Shown: in pieces, positions 29,342-40,253 of the stretch
Layout of the letters: each line of letters begins with the position of its first letter
Numbering within the stretch: the first letter of the stretch is position 1
NCBI GenBank assembly: GCA_009859145.1
Contig: VRVR01000001.1
Coordinates: 202,463 to 266,462 of the forward strand
Length of the DNA stretch: 64,000 bases
Reading direction: 5' to 3'
DNA from: Andalucia godoyi And28
Taxonomy: Eukaryota > Protista > Jakobida
The notes under the pieces: generated by a model
What the model was told of the DNA's origin: nothing
Seen by the model: the letters and a program-made list of their open reading frames with translations, nothing else
Database searches by the model: none
Position numbers and translations under genes: made by a program

Positions 29342-32300
29342 TCACTCATCCTGGTCATGGTCGTCGTACATCTCCCAGTTCTTCGCCTTCATTGCAATAA
29401 CCCATGTTCTGAAATACGTTCGCAAAAGTAGTCGAGTCTTTGACTGCTGTTGAATCGTGGTGAACATGCGATGATCACTGTGGTGGTGATACGTCGATTT
29501 CCATTTTTTGAAGTACGAAGTCATCGTAGCCCGATCGGTGGCCTCTGCCATCTTGCAGCGCAGCCGAATGACGGAAACCTTCTGTTTCCAAATCGTGATG
29601 GCATGTTTCACAACTCGGGCGCAGTCGGCAGCGTTTCTCGAGGAAGCAAATGCCAGTATTCTATACCTGCCATATCGCCTTTTCGCACATCTGATGCACC
29701 ATACCAACAGAAAGTATCGCTGGATTTGGGAAGATACAAGAGATGCGCATACTCGATGGAAATTGGCACGGAGCACTTCACGCGTACGATGATACCACCT
29801 TGCGTGGTGGAACGAACGAATCAATAGCGAATGGCGCCTGAATCGCGCTGCCTCGTCTTCCATCGCCCGCAAAACTTGGTGGCGTTCCAGACGAGACCGC
29901 CATGTTTTGAACCAAATGCTTTGATGCAGTAACGCTGCCCTTTGGGTCAGTCGTCGAATCCGGCAGGCCATATGCATCTTATATTTCCATTCGGTAAGCC
30001 GTGCTGAGCAGTGTCGCCGCTGACTCTTCCGCAAAAACTTCTGCACCCTCCACATTTGGAAGCATCCTCTTAGCACGGAAGTGGGCGACAGCACTGCGAA
30101 ACGTGGTACTGATTGGAGCAGTCCCGTGTGAAAGAGTACACGACTGCTGCGCAGTCTGCTCTCCAACTTTGCACGGACTATGCGGAACCGAAATAACAGC
30201 AGCCAACTTCGGAAAGCAAGACGGGTTTGTCCGAGGCTGGTTCGACGCTTCAGAGAATTGTACTTGGAAGCAGTGGCCGTTTGATCCACAACAAAACCGT
30301 GCCACTTTGACAGTATTAGAGACATTCTTCGCTGGAGGAACATCTGGCGGAACTCTCCGACGCACGCAAGGTACCTCCACCACAAGAAACAGTATGTCTG
30401 AGTGTTGTTGCTGTGTTGCATCCGAAGACTCGAGAATCGCCTGCGATCTCCAAGAGACTGCCACCATTTCTGAACAGCATATCGCATGAGAATCGCACGA
30501 GAAACGGCGTGCAAGGAAGAGATGAACAGCCGTGCGCTGTACAAGTCTCGCAAAGACTGTGTCCACAACAGGAAAGATTTTCTGATCATCCTCGTTCGGC
30601 TTCGTTCGGCACACCGCATGCACAGAATATTCCTGTACTCGGCGCCGGCAAACTTCGCTTTCCACCAAGAAAAGGCAGCCGTGCTGATTCCGCTTCCGCG
30701 CACACCACGTACCTTTCGCTCGAGCACACGCAATCGATACTGTTGAGCAATCCGCTGCCATGCCCAGTGCTTCAGAGCACGATGCCAGGAAATATGGGCA
30801 GTGGAAAAGGAATCCTCCAGATGCTTCAAGAAGATCAGACGACGGCGAAGGTGCTTGGCTCCCTTGGCATGAAACCGTAGCGCTCCAAGCGTTTGACGCA
30901 GCACGATTCGATCGAAAGTTTTCTTCAAAGACCGCGAACCCTGGGCGCATCGCTGTCTGGCGAATGCTGCGTGTCTCCAGAAGGCAAGGAAATGACCTAT
31001 CACGAAGCGATGCACCATTCTGCTGAGATATAAATTGCACTTTCTTGTAAAGGACAAGAGAATGTACCGCCCATGCCAGTGCAGAAATGTTGTGGACACC
31101 AGTCGTCGCTCCTCCATGCGGACCAAACATGAGAAACGGCATTTCAGGAAGCTGTCTCGCCACAAGAACATGTGACGGTTTTTCAGCAATCGAATGTAGA
31201 ATTTCTCGGCAAAGAGATCCATGCGATCCACGAAGAATCGATGCTTCCATCTGCAGAGGAAGCGGCTCATGAGATTCAGAGATGCGTGCCTTTCCAGTCC
31301 AGAGACAAACAAGACGCGCCGACGTCTGTGAACCCAATAGCAAAAGTACTTTAGCATCTCTCGGAGATGTCTGTTCTTAAGGAAGACTCGTGCGTTCCAA
31401 ATGCATCGCTCCCTCCTTGCAAATTCCATCCACTTGTGGAACTGACTGGAGAGTTTTAGCTTGGTCACTGCACTGGCAGCCTTTGCCAAAACATGGCTGC
31501 GTCGTTGCTTGCGCTGCAGCTTCCAATGCCACAGCTTAAAAGGCAGCAGTTTCTTCCAGTGCTGCATGGCTTTGAACGCTTGGTGCATGGAATGAAATGT
31601 GTGCCTTTTCAGCCGAGAACGTATCAACAGTGTGGCATGCGCAAAGTATCGCTTGCGGACTTGAGCATCCTTCCACTGTTTGAACTGCCTCACGAGAACA
31701 CTGTGACTTCGAAATGCAATCGCAAGTCTGGTGCACTGCATTCTCCAGCGGCTTGCGAGGAACTGCGATCTCCACATTCCAAAAGAAGTACCCATGCGAT
31801 GAGCATTCCAGTATCTCAAGAAGGCTGAGGTCAGTACCTGACGTATGGAACTGCGTCTCCATAGCTGCAAGAAGTACGTTAGAACGCAAACAGCCCGTTG
31901 TCGACCGCAAGTTCGACGAAGCTTCTGCAGTGCCTTGAGATAGAAATGGTGCGCTTTCCAATGCTGAATGCAGTTCTTGACGCGATGGCGGTTATCAATA
32001 AGGACAATCCTCTTGGACAAGCGAACAAGGTTTCTACAGTACTGGGTCCAGCGTTTCCATTGTTGCAAGCGCCAGCGGTTTTGTGCAGAGAGCAGAACCG
32101 CACGGGCATGTGTCAGAGAATCCTTTGTCATGCGGAAGTAGCACCCAGTCTCTCTCCAGTAATGGAATGCCACTGTCAAAACCCATCGTCGCCTGGACTC
32201 CGCCACGCTCCGATGAAGGACGGCCGAAAACCACAGGAAAACGCTGTGCCGTAGCTTCCATTTTGTCCAAGCCTTCAGGAGAGAACGAGAGTCCACCGTG

Positions 32301-35300
32301 CTGGATATGAGATGCTCGGCTTGCTTCTGCCGAAGGACCAGCAGCGTCCGAGTCTTCCAAAAACGAAACGACATTTGAAGTGTTGCAAGCATTCGTTTTT
32401 CTCTCAAGCACATCCATCGAAAGCGCGCAAGACGCATGTCCGAAAGGCGTTTCTTCCAAAAGAAGAAAGCCATTCTGAGCATCTTATTTTGGGTAGTATC
32501 ATTAAGTCGACGCGATATGACACAGTCCTGGACGTGCGCCATCATTCGCGACAGCGCAAGAGACATTATACGAATGCTGTCTATTTCAAAAACAGTTCTT
32601 GAGAACTGATCCAGACGCCTTTCTCGCGAAGCATATCTGCCCCACCGATGAAGAGCGCTGCGCTTCAAGAAGTGCTCATTCGCGGCATCCGCGTAGCGCT
32701 GCAAGACCCTCGATCGCGGGAGCTTATCAATCTCGTATTGCATTGTCGCGAATGCGAATCGCAACAGAGAATCGCGGTGCATGGCTGCCAGTCGATTCCG
32801 AAACTGCGCGAGCTCGCAGTTCTGTCTCCAGTACATAAAACACGAAACCCTGTACTTCCGAGACATGTTCTGGGAGAGAGTGTTGCACAGTTTTCTCAGG
32901 CCCACATGTCTGCGAGTACATGCCACCCACTTCCGGAAACAGAGCTTCTCGAAAAAGAAGAGAAACCAATGAACAAACGCAATTCTCGAACGTCCTTGCG
33001 GCGTTAGCAGCGAAGTTCGGAGATGTTCCGCGTGCTGCCTCTCTCTGCAGTTCACCAGGAATCGATACCACCACACGCCAAAATGCACGCGGTATGCGGA
33101 GCATGAAACCGAGCGGCGTATGATCCTTTCTTTGGCTGAAAAGGAAGACCGGACACTCCAAAAGCGAAGCACAAATTGAGCGAAAAATCGCTGCATTCGC
33201 GAGCGGATAAGATTTGCGAGCACAAAGTCGGAAACTCGCATGCAAAAACGATGAAGCAGACACCTCTTAAAGAATCTGAGCACAACCTTGCACAGCACTC
33301 TTCGATGCCGTATCTGCCAGGAGGCGTGTACCCAGATGGACATGCAGTGGCGAAGGGAGGCTCGTGTTTTCTGTTCTTGGAATCGACGGAGCGAGCTTCT
33401 CTCCACGAGTTTCGTCATCCAAGAGTCAAACGTCAGCAAGATTTTCCTGGACTCGAAGGATTCAGCAAGTCGGCTTCCACGCTGATGCACGAGATTCCCT
33501 GCATCTTTCGTCTTCTTGAAAGCCGCAAACCACTTCTGAACGAACTTCCATGCCCACCATCGCGAGTATCGCTGGTCGATGATCCTCAGATACCTTTGAT
33601 GGGAAACTGCTTGCTTCCATAATTCAAACAGCCGTTTCTGTGACAAGCGATGGAGACTCCCAAACAAGCGACGCAATCGATCCATGTATCTCACATTTCT
33701 CCGAAGAATCACCAAAAGATACAGAGAATGCCGGTTGTCCAGCACTCGCGAAATTCTGTAGCGAATGTACTTTTGCCTCTGTGCCCAATGGTGAAACAAG
33801 ATCCACGAGGAAAAGAACACGGCTGCCAGCGATCGATCGTGAACGGCTGTCAACGCGCGTGAAAAGGATGCGAAATGGCGATGATCCTCTAGCTTCCGCA
33901 GCCAAGTTTGAAAGATTCTCCGCACAAAACAAACTCGGAGCAAAGAGACATTCTTTACCGACCCGTGATGCGCCGCGACTAACCTCACCCAGCGCCGCCA
34001 TGCAGTCCGCTGAAACTGTCGACGCTGAAACCGGACTGCAAGGCGTTTTTGTTCGGCTTTTCCACGATCAGAAGAGCGAGCAATACGATGCCAGCTGCGA
34101 AGGCATCGCGTCAAAAGCAGTGCGTGGCGAAAATCGACCAGAAGTTGTTCAATCCCACCCTCTGCATGCACTGCAGCCTTCGTTTGGGCTTTCAAAAAAC
34201 CGCAGCGATCCTGCCCCGAAGAAACGGAATCTGTTCTGCTCAACCCAGCTAGGCGAGATTCAACATCCCAGGGGAGGATTGCCACTGGCGACCTCGGAAT
34301 GTGCGGCTCGAGAAACGAATCCGAATGTGGACGTGCATTCGCCTGCCGGGAACAAGTGGGGGGCAAGGAGCTGCGAGCCACACTGCTGGCTCCCGTCTGC
34401 AAGAAGAAACTGGCTGAAACCAAATCTTCCTGCAACGGCTTTTCACTGTGTTCGTACGCTGTCTCGTCTGCTCCTTTGTGTCCTTTCCCGAACGGACTGG
34501 CCAGCAGCATAACATCTGCCCGGGAATGAAGCCTGGGCGCTTTCGCCGAACGGTGTTCTATGAATGACTGAAATGACTTCAAATGCTCTCGGCTCTGATC
34601 CGCAGCATCAGGAAGATCCCTCACATATCGGAGCTTCTTTCTCAGGTTCGCGAGCAAATCTTGTTGTGCCCAGGACTTTCTCTCCATCTTGTATAGCCAG
34701 TAGCAGAACGCATACCTGGTTCTAGAATGAACGGAGTTCCGTCTCACGAATTGTACTCTCAGTACGTCAACCAGCAAGTCCTTCCAGGCACACCAGAAGT
34801 ACCGCATGGTAAGTCTGGAGGACTGCTTTCGCACGGCATCCCGTAAGAAGACAGAAAGCCGCTGCCGTCTGTGCCAGCAGCGCAAGCAGCTTCCCAGAAT
34901 TCGTCTTCTGGCCGCAGCAGCGATCTTTCTTCCGGAGACCTCCACGGTTTTCGAGTATTTCGACCGCAACAAGAGCATGTGGAAGCAAAATTTCAACAGC
35001 GGGCCGTTCTCGAAGGCCTTCAGCAGTGTTCTGGAGCGCAAACTCTGCTTTCGCAGTGTCCATTCCCAAACGAATTTGGAAAAGACCCAGTTGACAGTGA
35101 CCCTGGAAATCAGCTGTTGAAGAGAATCGTGGAAGACACCGACGCGCCGGGAATACGACGCATTCGCTTGGAGCGTGTGAAAAGCAGCCCCACACTCGAC
35201 TTTCTTCAGCACATCCGACAGCGAAAAACACAGAGTGTGAAGCCTCGACAAGTAGTTCCCTCTCGCTTTCCATGTTCGGAAGCACTGGGCGATTGCCCTG

Positions 35301-37762
35301 GTCCTTCTGTGTTCCTGCACCTTCGATGCCAGGTGCAGTTCATGTTCTCGCCGACGTGAACTAAATCGGAGCCGTTCAAAAAAGAGTGCAATAATCGATC
35401 GCGCACACAAAGCCGCCATTCTGGAGGCTCCGTACTTCCGAAGAAGACGCCGATTCTTGACAAATGTCCAACGACTGAACAAATATCGGACATCCCCCAA
35501 CTGAGCCACTTTGCATATCCTTTGCGTGAACATCCGCTTTCGCGCCATCATTTGAGACTTCGCTGTCCACACGGTCAAGCAGGATCGAAGGCGACAAGAT
35601 GCGTCGCTGTTTCGTACAGCACCCTCAAATACTTGCAGTCGCGAACGAACTCTCCAAAAAGAAAAGAAGCAGTGCAGTACGAAAGAGAGGCACACGCAGC
35701 TGAGATCGCTGTCGAAACGTAGCAGGCTGCTGCAGCCGCGCACCTTTGCTGTCCACCGTTCCCAGACATGGCGAGTGAATGCCGAATTGAATTTGTTCTT
35801 TGCAACCACTAATAGTACCCGATTGTATCCTCGCTTTCTAAATGTGGAATACCAGTACGTGAACGTATCTCGCGTAGCTCGGATCCTCCATTTCTCGCGA
35901 ATATGGTCGATCACTTGGTTTGCAGTCTGTACGTGCTTCCAAAGCAGAGCCCACGTTTGGAAGAACCGATGAAGGATTCGGTACTGGCACCGCTGTTCAG
36001 TGAGCAGAGAGCCCCTTGACAAGAAGAACAACTTCCGAGTAAGAGCGAGCCAGATACCAAAGGCAGCAGTCGCTCTTCTTTTGCTGACAGTTTTCTGAAA
36101 CGAGTGTGTGGCTTCTCGCAAGACAGCCTTTTGCACACCGTGCTGATGCAACGCGCTGAAGCATTTGTGTCGTCGAATGACGGACCACCGAACTCGTGCA
36201 ACCAGCGACGTACAATATCGCCGGTACCAGAAATGCAGCGCATATTTCACCGCAAGTCGACATTGCGTCTTCCTCAACAACGGCAGGAAGTGTTTGGCAA
36301 AGACGGTGCGTTGCTGGAGCAGTTTCCAGTGCGCTTGCAGAAGGCCGCGGTGGAAAATGGACTCGCAAGAATTCTGAAAACGCAAAACTTCCACGTGGTA
36401 TTTGTGTTTCCTATACATCGCATGGAAGGCGACGTGCCTCAGCAGCTGACTGCGTCGGAAGTCGAACGCCGAAATCACCGTCTTCGAGAGCACCCTGAAC
36501 GCATGTGCGCACTTCCAGCAGTGAAAACACTTCGCGATTGTTCTCCTTCCGTTCAAGCGGTCCACCTCTTCCAGTACTGAATTTGATGTTCTCCAAAGAT
36601 ACATAAGGCAGTCCAGTGCTTTTCGAACCAGTACCGTGTCATAATGTTTGGAAGAAAGAACTTGCTGTTGACGAACTGTCCCCAACTGCATACACTTGTG
36701 ACGCCATTCTCGGAAGTACCGTGACGTCTGCGAGGACCGAGAACGACATTCCAGCTGCCTGCGGGCTGCCGTCAGGCTTGCTTTTGTCAGGAATCTGCGA
36801 GCCCAGCGTTGGAAAAACATTCGACACATCGTCTGTCGGGAAATCATCGACATGGCCTCGTACTTGTCTAGTCTGTCGTCCATCTGACGAATCCAGCAAC
36901 GGAATGAATGCCTGAGCAGTCGTTTCGCGGCCTTGTTGGAAATGTATCGGACACGCCGTCGTGCGATCTGTAATGAAACTGTCCGTGCGCTCCAGAAGTC
37001 AAACACACTGGTCTTCAAATGTAGTGACCGTATCTTGCAGATTACAGTTTGCAAGCACACATCTTCACGGTACAGCTTCTCCCACTGGCAGAAAGCGCGC
37101 TGCATCATACGGAACTGTATGCCGGCCCTCACAGCGGATTCAAGATTTCGGAACCGCTGCTTCCTCTTCAGGCGGTCCACCCACCGAGAAAAGCATCTTT
37201 GCAGCAAGATGTTTCCGGCTGCCAGTTCCATTTCCCGGGAAGCGTGCTGAAGCAACATCCGCTGCTCGCATTTTCGCCTCCATTTTCGAAAGAACCGCTG
37301 CTGCAGCGCAGCGCGGAGTGCTGTTTTGTGGCGTTTCACTGCAGCTTTCCAGAGAGTGAAATCCCAAAGACAGAGATGGTAGGCCTGAATAAACTCCAGC
37401 CTGTTCGCAAACTCGGACAGTCTCCACTGCAGCTTCCATTCTCTAAAGCAGTGCTGCACAGAACATCGTCGAAACAGCTGCTTGAAGTGGAGAGTCTTCA
37501 GAAACAGAATTCTCCATCGTCCCCATGATTTGAGGCAAAGAAGACGATAATAGAAGACGTCGGATACTCTTTCCCGAGATTTGGCAATGTCTGCCGAAGG
37601 AGCAATCGGCGTCTTTTTCAAAGATTTTGATGACGAAACTGGGTCCAAGTCCTCAATTCGCAGGGACGATTCCCCACAGCCGAGCAAGCCTGAATTCGAC
37701 GACTGGTTCCGCGGAACCACGAGCACAGTAGGTCTTGGCTCGGGATAGCCAGGGAAGGACAT
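29342..37762 (-). CDS. Giant Sfi1-like centrin-binding repeat protein (2806 aa, single ORF)
   Basis: 8.4-kb uninterrupted ORF with dozens of basic helical repeats ending F/LxxW (e.g. LQQRFFRKW, LLQRCFSRW, MMQRAFCQW), as in Sfi1 repeats. One non-repetitive Ser/Pro-rich insert. Confidence 0.8.
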   Translation of the reverse strand: MSFPGYPEPRPTVLVVPRNQSSNSGLLGCGESSLRIEDLDPVSSSKSLKKTPIAPSADIAKSRERVSDVFYYRLLCLKSWGRWRILFLKTLHFKQLFRRCSVQHCFREWKLQWRLSEFANRLEFIQAYHLCLWDFTLWKAAVKRHKTALRAALQQRFFRKWRRKCEQRMLLQHASREMELAAGNILLQRCFSRWVDRLKRKQRFRNLESAVRAGIQFRMMQRAFCQWEKLYREDVCLQTVICKIRSLHLKTSVFDFWSARTVSLQIARRRVRYISNKAAKRLLRHSFRCWIRQMDDRLDKYEAMSMISRQTMCRMFFQRWARRFLTKASLTAARRQLECRSRSSQTSRYFREWRHKCMQLGTVRQQQVLSSKHYDTVLVRKALDCLMYLWRTSNSVLEEVDRLNGRRTIAKCFHCWKCAHAFRVLSKTVISAFDFRRSQLLRHVAFHAMYRKHKYHVEVLRFQNSCESIFHRGLLQAHWKLLQQRTVFAKHFLPLLRKTQCRLAVKYALHFWYRRYCTSLVARVRWSVIRRHKCFSALHQHGVQKAVLREATHSFQKTVSKRRATAAFGIWLALTRKLFFLSRGSLLTEQRCQYRILHRFFQTWALLWKHVQTANQVIDHIREKWRIRATRDTFTYWYSTFRKRGYNRVLLVVAKNKFNSAFTRHVWERWTAKVRGCSSLLRFDSDLSCVCLSFVLHCFFSFWRVRSRLQVFEGAVRNSDASCRLRSCLTVWTAKSQMMARKRMFTQRICKVAQLGDVRYLFSRWTFVKNRRLLRKYGASRMAALCARSIIALFFERLRFSSRRREHELHLASKVQEHRRTRAIAQCFRTWKARGNYLSRLHTLCFSLSDVLKKVECGAAFHTLQANASYSRRVGVFHDSLQQLISRVTVNWVFSKFVWEWTLRKQSLRSRTLLKAFENGPLLKFCFHMLLLRSKYSKTVEVSGRKIAAAARRRILGSCLRCWHRRQRLSVFLRDAVRKQSSRLTMRYFWCAWKDLLVDVLRVQFVRRNSVHSRTRYAFCYWLYKMERKSWAQQDLLANLRKKLRYVRDLPDAADQSREHLKSFQSFIEHRSAKAPRLHSRADVMLLASPFGKGHKGADETAYEHSEKPLQEDLVSASFFLQTGASSVARSSLPPTCSRQANARPHSDSFLEPHIPRSPVAILPWDVESRLAGLSRTDSVSSGQDRCGFLKAQTKAAVHAEGGIEQLLVDFRHALLLTRCLRSWHRIARSSDRGKAEQKRLAVRFQRRQFQRTAWRRWVRLVAAHHGSVKNVSLLRVCFVRRIFQTWLRKLEDHRHFASFSRALTAVHDRSLAAVFFSSWILFHHWAQRQKYIRYRISRVLDNRHSLYLLVILRRNVRYMDRLRRLFGSLHRLSQKRLFELWKQAVSHQRYLRIIDQRYSRWWAWKFVQKWFAAFKKTKDAGNLVHQRGSRLAESFESRKILLTFDSWMTKLVERSSLRRFQEQKTRASLRHCMSIWVHASWQIRHRRVLCKVVLRFFKRCLLHRFCMRVSDFVLANLIRSRMQRFFAQFVLRFWSVRSSFSAKERIIRRSVSCSAYRVHFGVWWYRFLVNCRERQHAEHLRTSLLTPQGRSRIAFVHWFLFFFEKLCFRKWVACTRRHVGLRKLCNTLSQNMSRKYRVSCFMYWRQNCELAQFRNRLAAMHRDSLLRFAFATMQYEIDKLPRSRVLQRYADAANEHFLKRSALHRWGRYASRERRLDQFSRTVFEIDSIRIMSLALSRMMAHVQDCVISRRLNDTTQNKMLRMAFFFWKKRLSDMRLARFRWMCLREKRMLATLQMSFRFWKTRTLLVLRQKQAEHLISSTVDSRSLLKAWTKWKLRHSVFLWFSAVLHRSVAESRRRWVLTVAFHYWRETGCYFRMTKDSLTHARAVLLSAQNRWRLQQWKRWTQYCRNLVRLSKRIVLIDNRHRVKNCIQHWKAHHFYLKALQKLRRTCGRQRAVCVLTYFLQLWRRSSIRQVLTSAFLRYWNAHRMGTSFGMWRSQFLASRWRMQCTRLAIAFRSHSVLVRQFKQWKDAQVRKRYFAHATLLIRSRLKRHTFHSMHQAFKAMQHWKKLLPFKLWHWKLQRKQRRSHVLAKAASAVTKLKLSSQFHKWMEFARRERCIWNARVFLKNRHLREMLKYFCYWVHRRRRVLFVSGLERHASLNLMSRFLCRWKHRFFVDRMDLFAEKFYIRLLKNRHMFLWRDSFLKCRFSCLVRMEERRLVSTTFLHWHGRYILLSFTRKCNLYLSRMVHRFVIGHFLAFWRHAAFARQRCAQGSRSLKKTFDRIVLRQTLGALRFHAKGAKHLRRRLIFLKHLEDSFSTAHISWHRALKHWAWQRIAQQYRLRVLERKVRGVRGSGISTAAFSWWKAKFAGAEYRNILCMRCAERSRTRMIRKSFLLWTQSLRDLYSARLFISSLHAVSRAILMRYAVQKWWQSLGDRRRFSSLRMQHSNNTQTYCFLWWRYLACVGEFRQMFLQRRMSLILSKWHGFVVDQTATASKYNSLKRRTSLGQTRLAFRSWLLLFRFRIVRAKLESRLRSSRVLFHTGLLQSVPRFAVLSPTSVLRGCFQMWRVQKFLRKSQRRHCSARLTEWKYKMHMACRIRRLTQRAALLHQSIWFKTWRSRLERHQVLRAMEDEAARFRRHSLLIRSFHHARWYHRTREVLRANFHRVCASLVSSQIQRYFLLVWCIRCAKRRYGRYRILAFASSRNAADCARVVKHAITIWKQKVSVIRLRCKMAEATDRATMTSYFKKWKSTYHHHSDHRMFTTIQQQSKTRLLLRTYFRTWVIAMKAKNWEMYDDHDQDE

Positions 37763-38438
37763 CCAGTAATTCAGTCGAGTTCTTTTTGTCCGTCCCTCTT
37801 TTTCCCCCCTAAATTGCTGCCACCCCTCCTTCTTCTCTTCGCAGTTTCAAAAATGGGCACGGAAGAACGGGGGACGCTTTTTATGGATTGCGCATATACT
37901 CAAAGTCTCGAACGGACTGGATTATGTTTCTTCTAATAGAAAAACAAAAACAAAAAGCAGCAAACACAGAATAATGTGGAAAATGAAAGGAATGCCGTTT
38001 TTCTGCACTGTGAATTGCAGTCCCCTTCAAATCGCAATTGAAAAGACCGCCAAAAACACCAATTTAGTAAAACGGACTTTGGGGAGCTGCCCCAGTTGCA
38101 GAGGAAAAACAACGCTCGTAGATACCCGCTACAGACGTTTCCTCCAGAGGTCCCCCCGTGGCTGGACCGAGGAAATCCCCGGATACGGATTGTCGATTTG
38201 GACGATTTGATGCAGAGAGCAGTACGTTGGGTCGAGAGTGTCATTTTATTATCATTATTGTTATTATTGTTTTATTTGTGGTTGTTGCTCGGCTTCATCT
38301 CGTTTATTTTTCATAATTCGACCCATTTAATTATTATTCAATTCTTAATTTAATTTCTTTTTGTTTGCGTTCGCTTGCACTGTGGAGTACAGCCCCCACA
38401 CAGTACGCTTCTCGAAACGCGCGTTAATTTCCGAGCTC

Positions 38439-39743
38439 ATGTCAGCGGACTCCAAGGCCACTCGGCCGCCAAGTGCTGTGAGAAAAACACTCGAAAAAAC
38501 AGTGGACTGGGTCATCCAGAAGCTTGAGCAGTCGGAGGCAGGCTCTGGAAAATCAAAGAAGTTGCATGCAAAACGAAACACTGTTGCGTTGGAAGCTTCA
38601 TTCTTGTCTCCTTTTGTGCACACCGATGTCCGAAGAAAATCCGTGGACTCTACAAGTCTGATGTCGAACTCTCCAGGGACTTCTCGGTCCTCCACCCCTT
38701 CGACGACGGCCGATACTTCTTCATTAGGGAGAGCGTCGGCGACTTCTTCCCCTCTGCGAACGGCTTTGAGCACACAACCTAAGAGTTGGCCGCGGCTGCA
38801 GCAAGATATCGAAGCTGTGTGGAGCAGCCTTGCGAGTTCTCGATCCGATAATGGCGGCGCGGATAACCCACGTCGCATGTCTCTTGAGGATCGAGAAGAC
38901 CTCATTAAATCCTTTCTGAGCCGATGCCGTCATGGCCGGGTGGAAGAAGTCAGCAGCATGCTTCGAGATCGGGTTGTGGATGTCGAGTGCTGCGATCACT
39001 TGGGCAACACGGGGCTGCTGATTGCTTGTCAAAATGGCCACTTGGAGATTGCGAAAGTGCTGCTGCAACACGGCGCAGACTGCGACATGAGAAACAATGC
39101 TGGAAACACTGCTCTGCACTTCAGTTTTGCGTTTGCACACATGTCTCTGGCGGAATACCTGTTGTCCGCTGGGGCGTCTGAGCACATCAGAAACTCGTTT
39201 GGTCTGTCGTGTCGCGAAGGTCTGAATCCCAATCGCCTTATCGACTCTGGCATCAAGAATCGCTTAAGGTCCAGTCTTTCTTCTCTGGACGGCGATTCGC
39301 AAGCAGACTCGTCGCCCAGCTTTCCAACGGACTCTCCTCGAACTCCTGGGTTCCGCGGACCCGCTTCTCCTCCGACGCCTTCCGTGCGTTTCCAGACTCC
39401 GCCCGTTTCCGCTTCCCCCTCCAGTTCTCATGATTCGTTGCTAAGCAGAAGGAAGCCGCAAAGAAAGTTGGAAGTGAACACGGAACTCAGCGCTTCCTGG
39501 CAAGCAGCAGACGCGGTTCCCGAAGATAGCGCAGGTTCCGGATTTTCTGTGAAAGTAGAAGTACCCGTTACGCCTGCCAGAAATGTTGATCACAAGAGCA
39601 GTCCTCCAGGAATCCTTGATATGCATTCGGTTGTGATTGCAGGATCGCAATCTCCAACATTTAGAGCAGTTGCCGAAGGCAAGACAAGGTGGGCACTGCC
39701 AGGCGCCGCACCATCCCCAACAAATCTGGGAGCAAGCTTTTGA
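38439..39743 (+). CDS. Ankyrin-repeat protein with Ser/Pro-rich disordered flanks
   Basis: First ATG at 38439; an upstream exon is possible. Ankyrin repeats FLSRCRHGRVEEV, GNTGLLIACQNGHLEIAKVLLQHGAD, GNTALHFSFAFAH. Confidence 0.8.
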   Translation: MSADSKATRPPSAVRKTLEKTVDWVIQKLEQSEAGSGKSKKLHAKRNTVALEASFLSPFVHTDVRRKSVDSTSLMSNSPGTSRSSTPSTTADTSSLGRASATSSPLRTALSTQPKSWPRLQQDIEAVWSSLASSRSDNGGADNPRRMSLEDREDLIKSFLSRCRHGRVEEVSSMLRDRVVDVECCDHLGNTGLLIACQNGHLEIAKVLLQHGADCDMRNNAGNTALHFSFAFAHMSLAEYLLSAGASEHIRNSFGLSCREGLNPNRLIDSGIKNRLRSSLSSLDGDSQADSSPSFPTDSPRTPGFRGPASPPTPSVRFQTPPVSASPSSSHDSLLSRRKPQRKLEVNTELSASWQAADAVPEDSAGSGFSVKVEVPVTPARNVDHKSSPPGILDMHSVVIAGSQSPTFRAVAEGKTRWALPGAAPSPTNLGASF

Positions 39744-40253
39744 ACTGCACAGGCACATTACTCACAGTAGCGCTGAGCGCCGTCTCTTTTTGCTCGCCAC
39801 TTCCCCCCCTCCGCTGTCCATCTCCCCATGTCTCGAGCTCGTCGGGCAGTCGTTCGACAGCAACAACCAGCACCAAGCACCCGGCTGCAGTGCTGGAAAT
39901 CATAGCCTCCAAAGCCTGTGATGAATGGCTAATCGCAAAGCAGAATTGGGTAAGTGGTTCGACACTCCCAAGCCGCAACTGTCGTTGCATTGCTGTACGT
40001 AAAAACCGCTTCCCTAGCGTGCGCTGTCACTTATTTGCTGCTTTAAATTGCTTGAGTCGAAAATTGGACGAATTTGTCCAGTGGTTCAGCGTGTCTTTTT
40101 GTTTTGTTTGTTGTTTCTTCATTTTTCCCCCTCGTCTTCACAAGTATCTTCTGTTCTTTTCGTAAAAAGAACACTTCCAATTCTCTGTTGCTTTCCTTTG
40201 ATGCTGCATGCTGTCGACCTACTCCTGTTCAAAGGCGAATTGGTCGGAGCAGC

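Noticed and set aside
29979-37528. Multiple 150-450 aa plus-strand ORFs
   Set aside because: All are antisense to the Sfi1-like ORF and lack recognisable motifs.
38042-38221. Coding-looking segment with GTACGT donor upstream of the ankyrin gene
   Set aside because: No in-frame ATG and no phase-compatible YAG acceptor found. Left unresolved pending RNA-seq.
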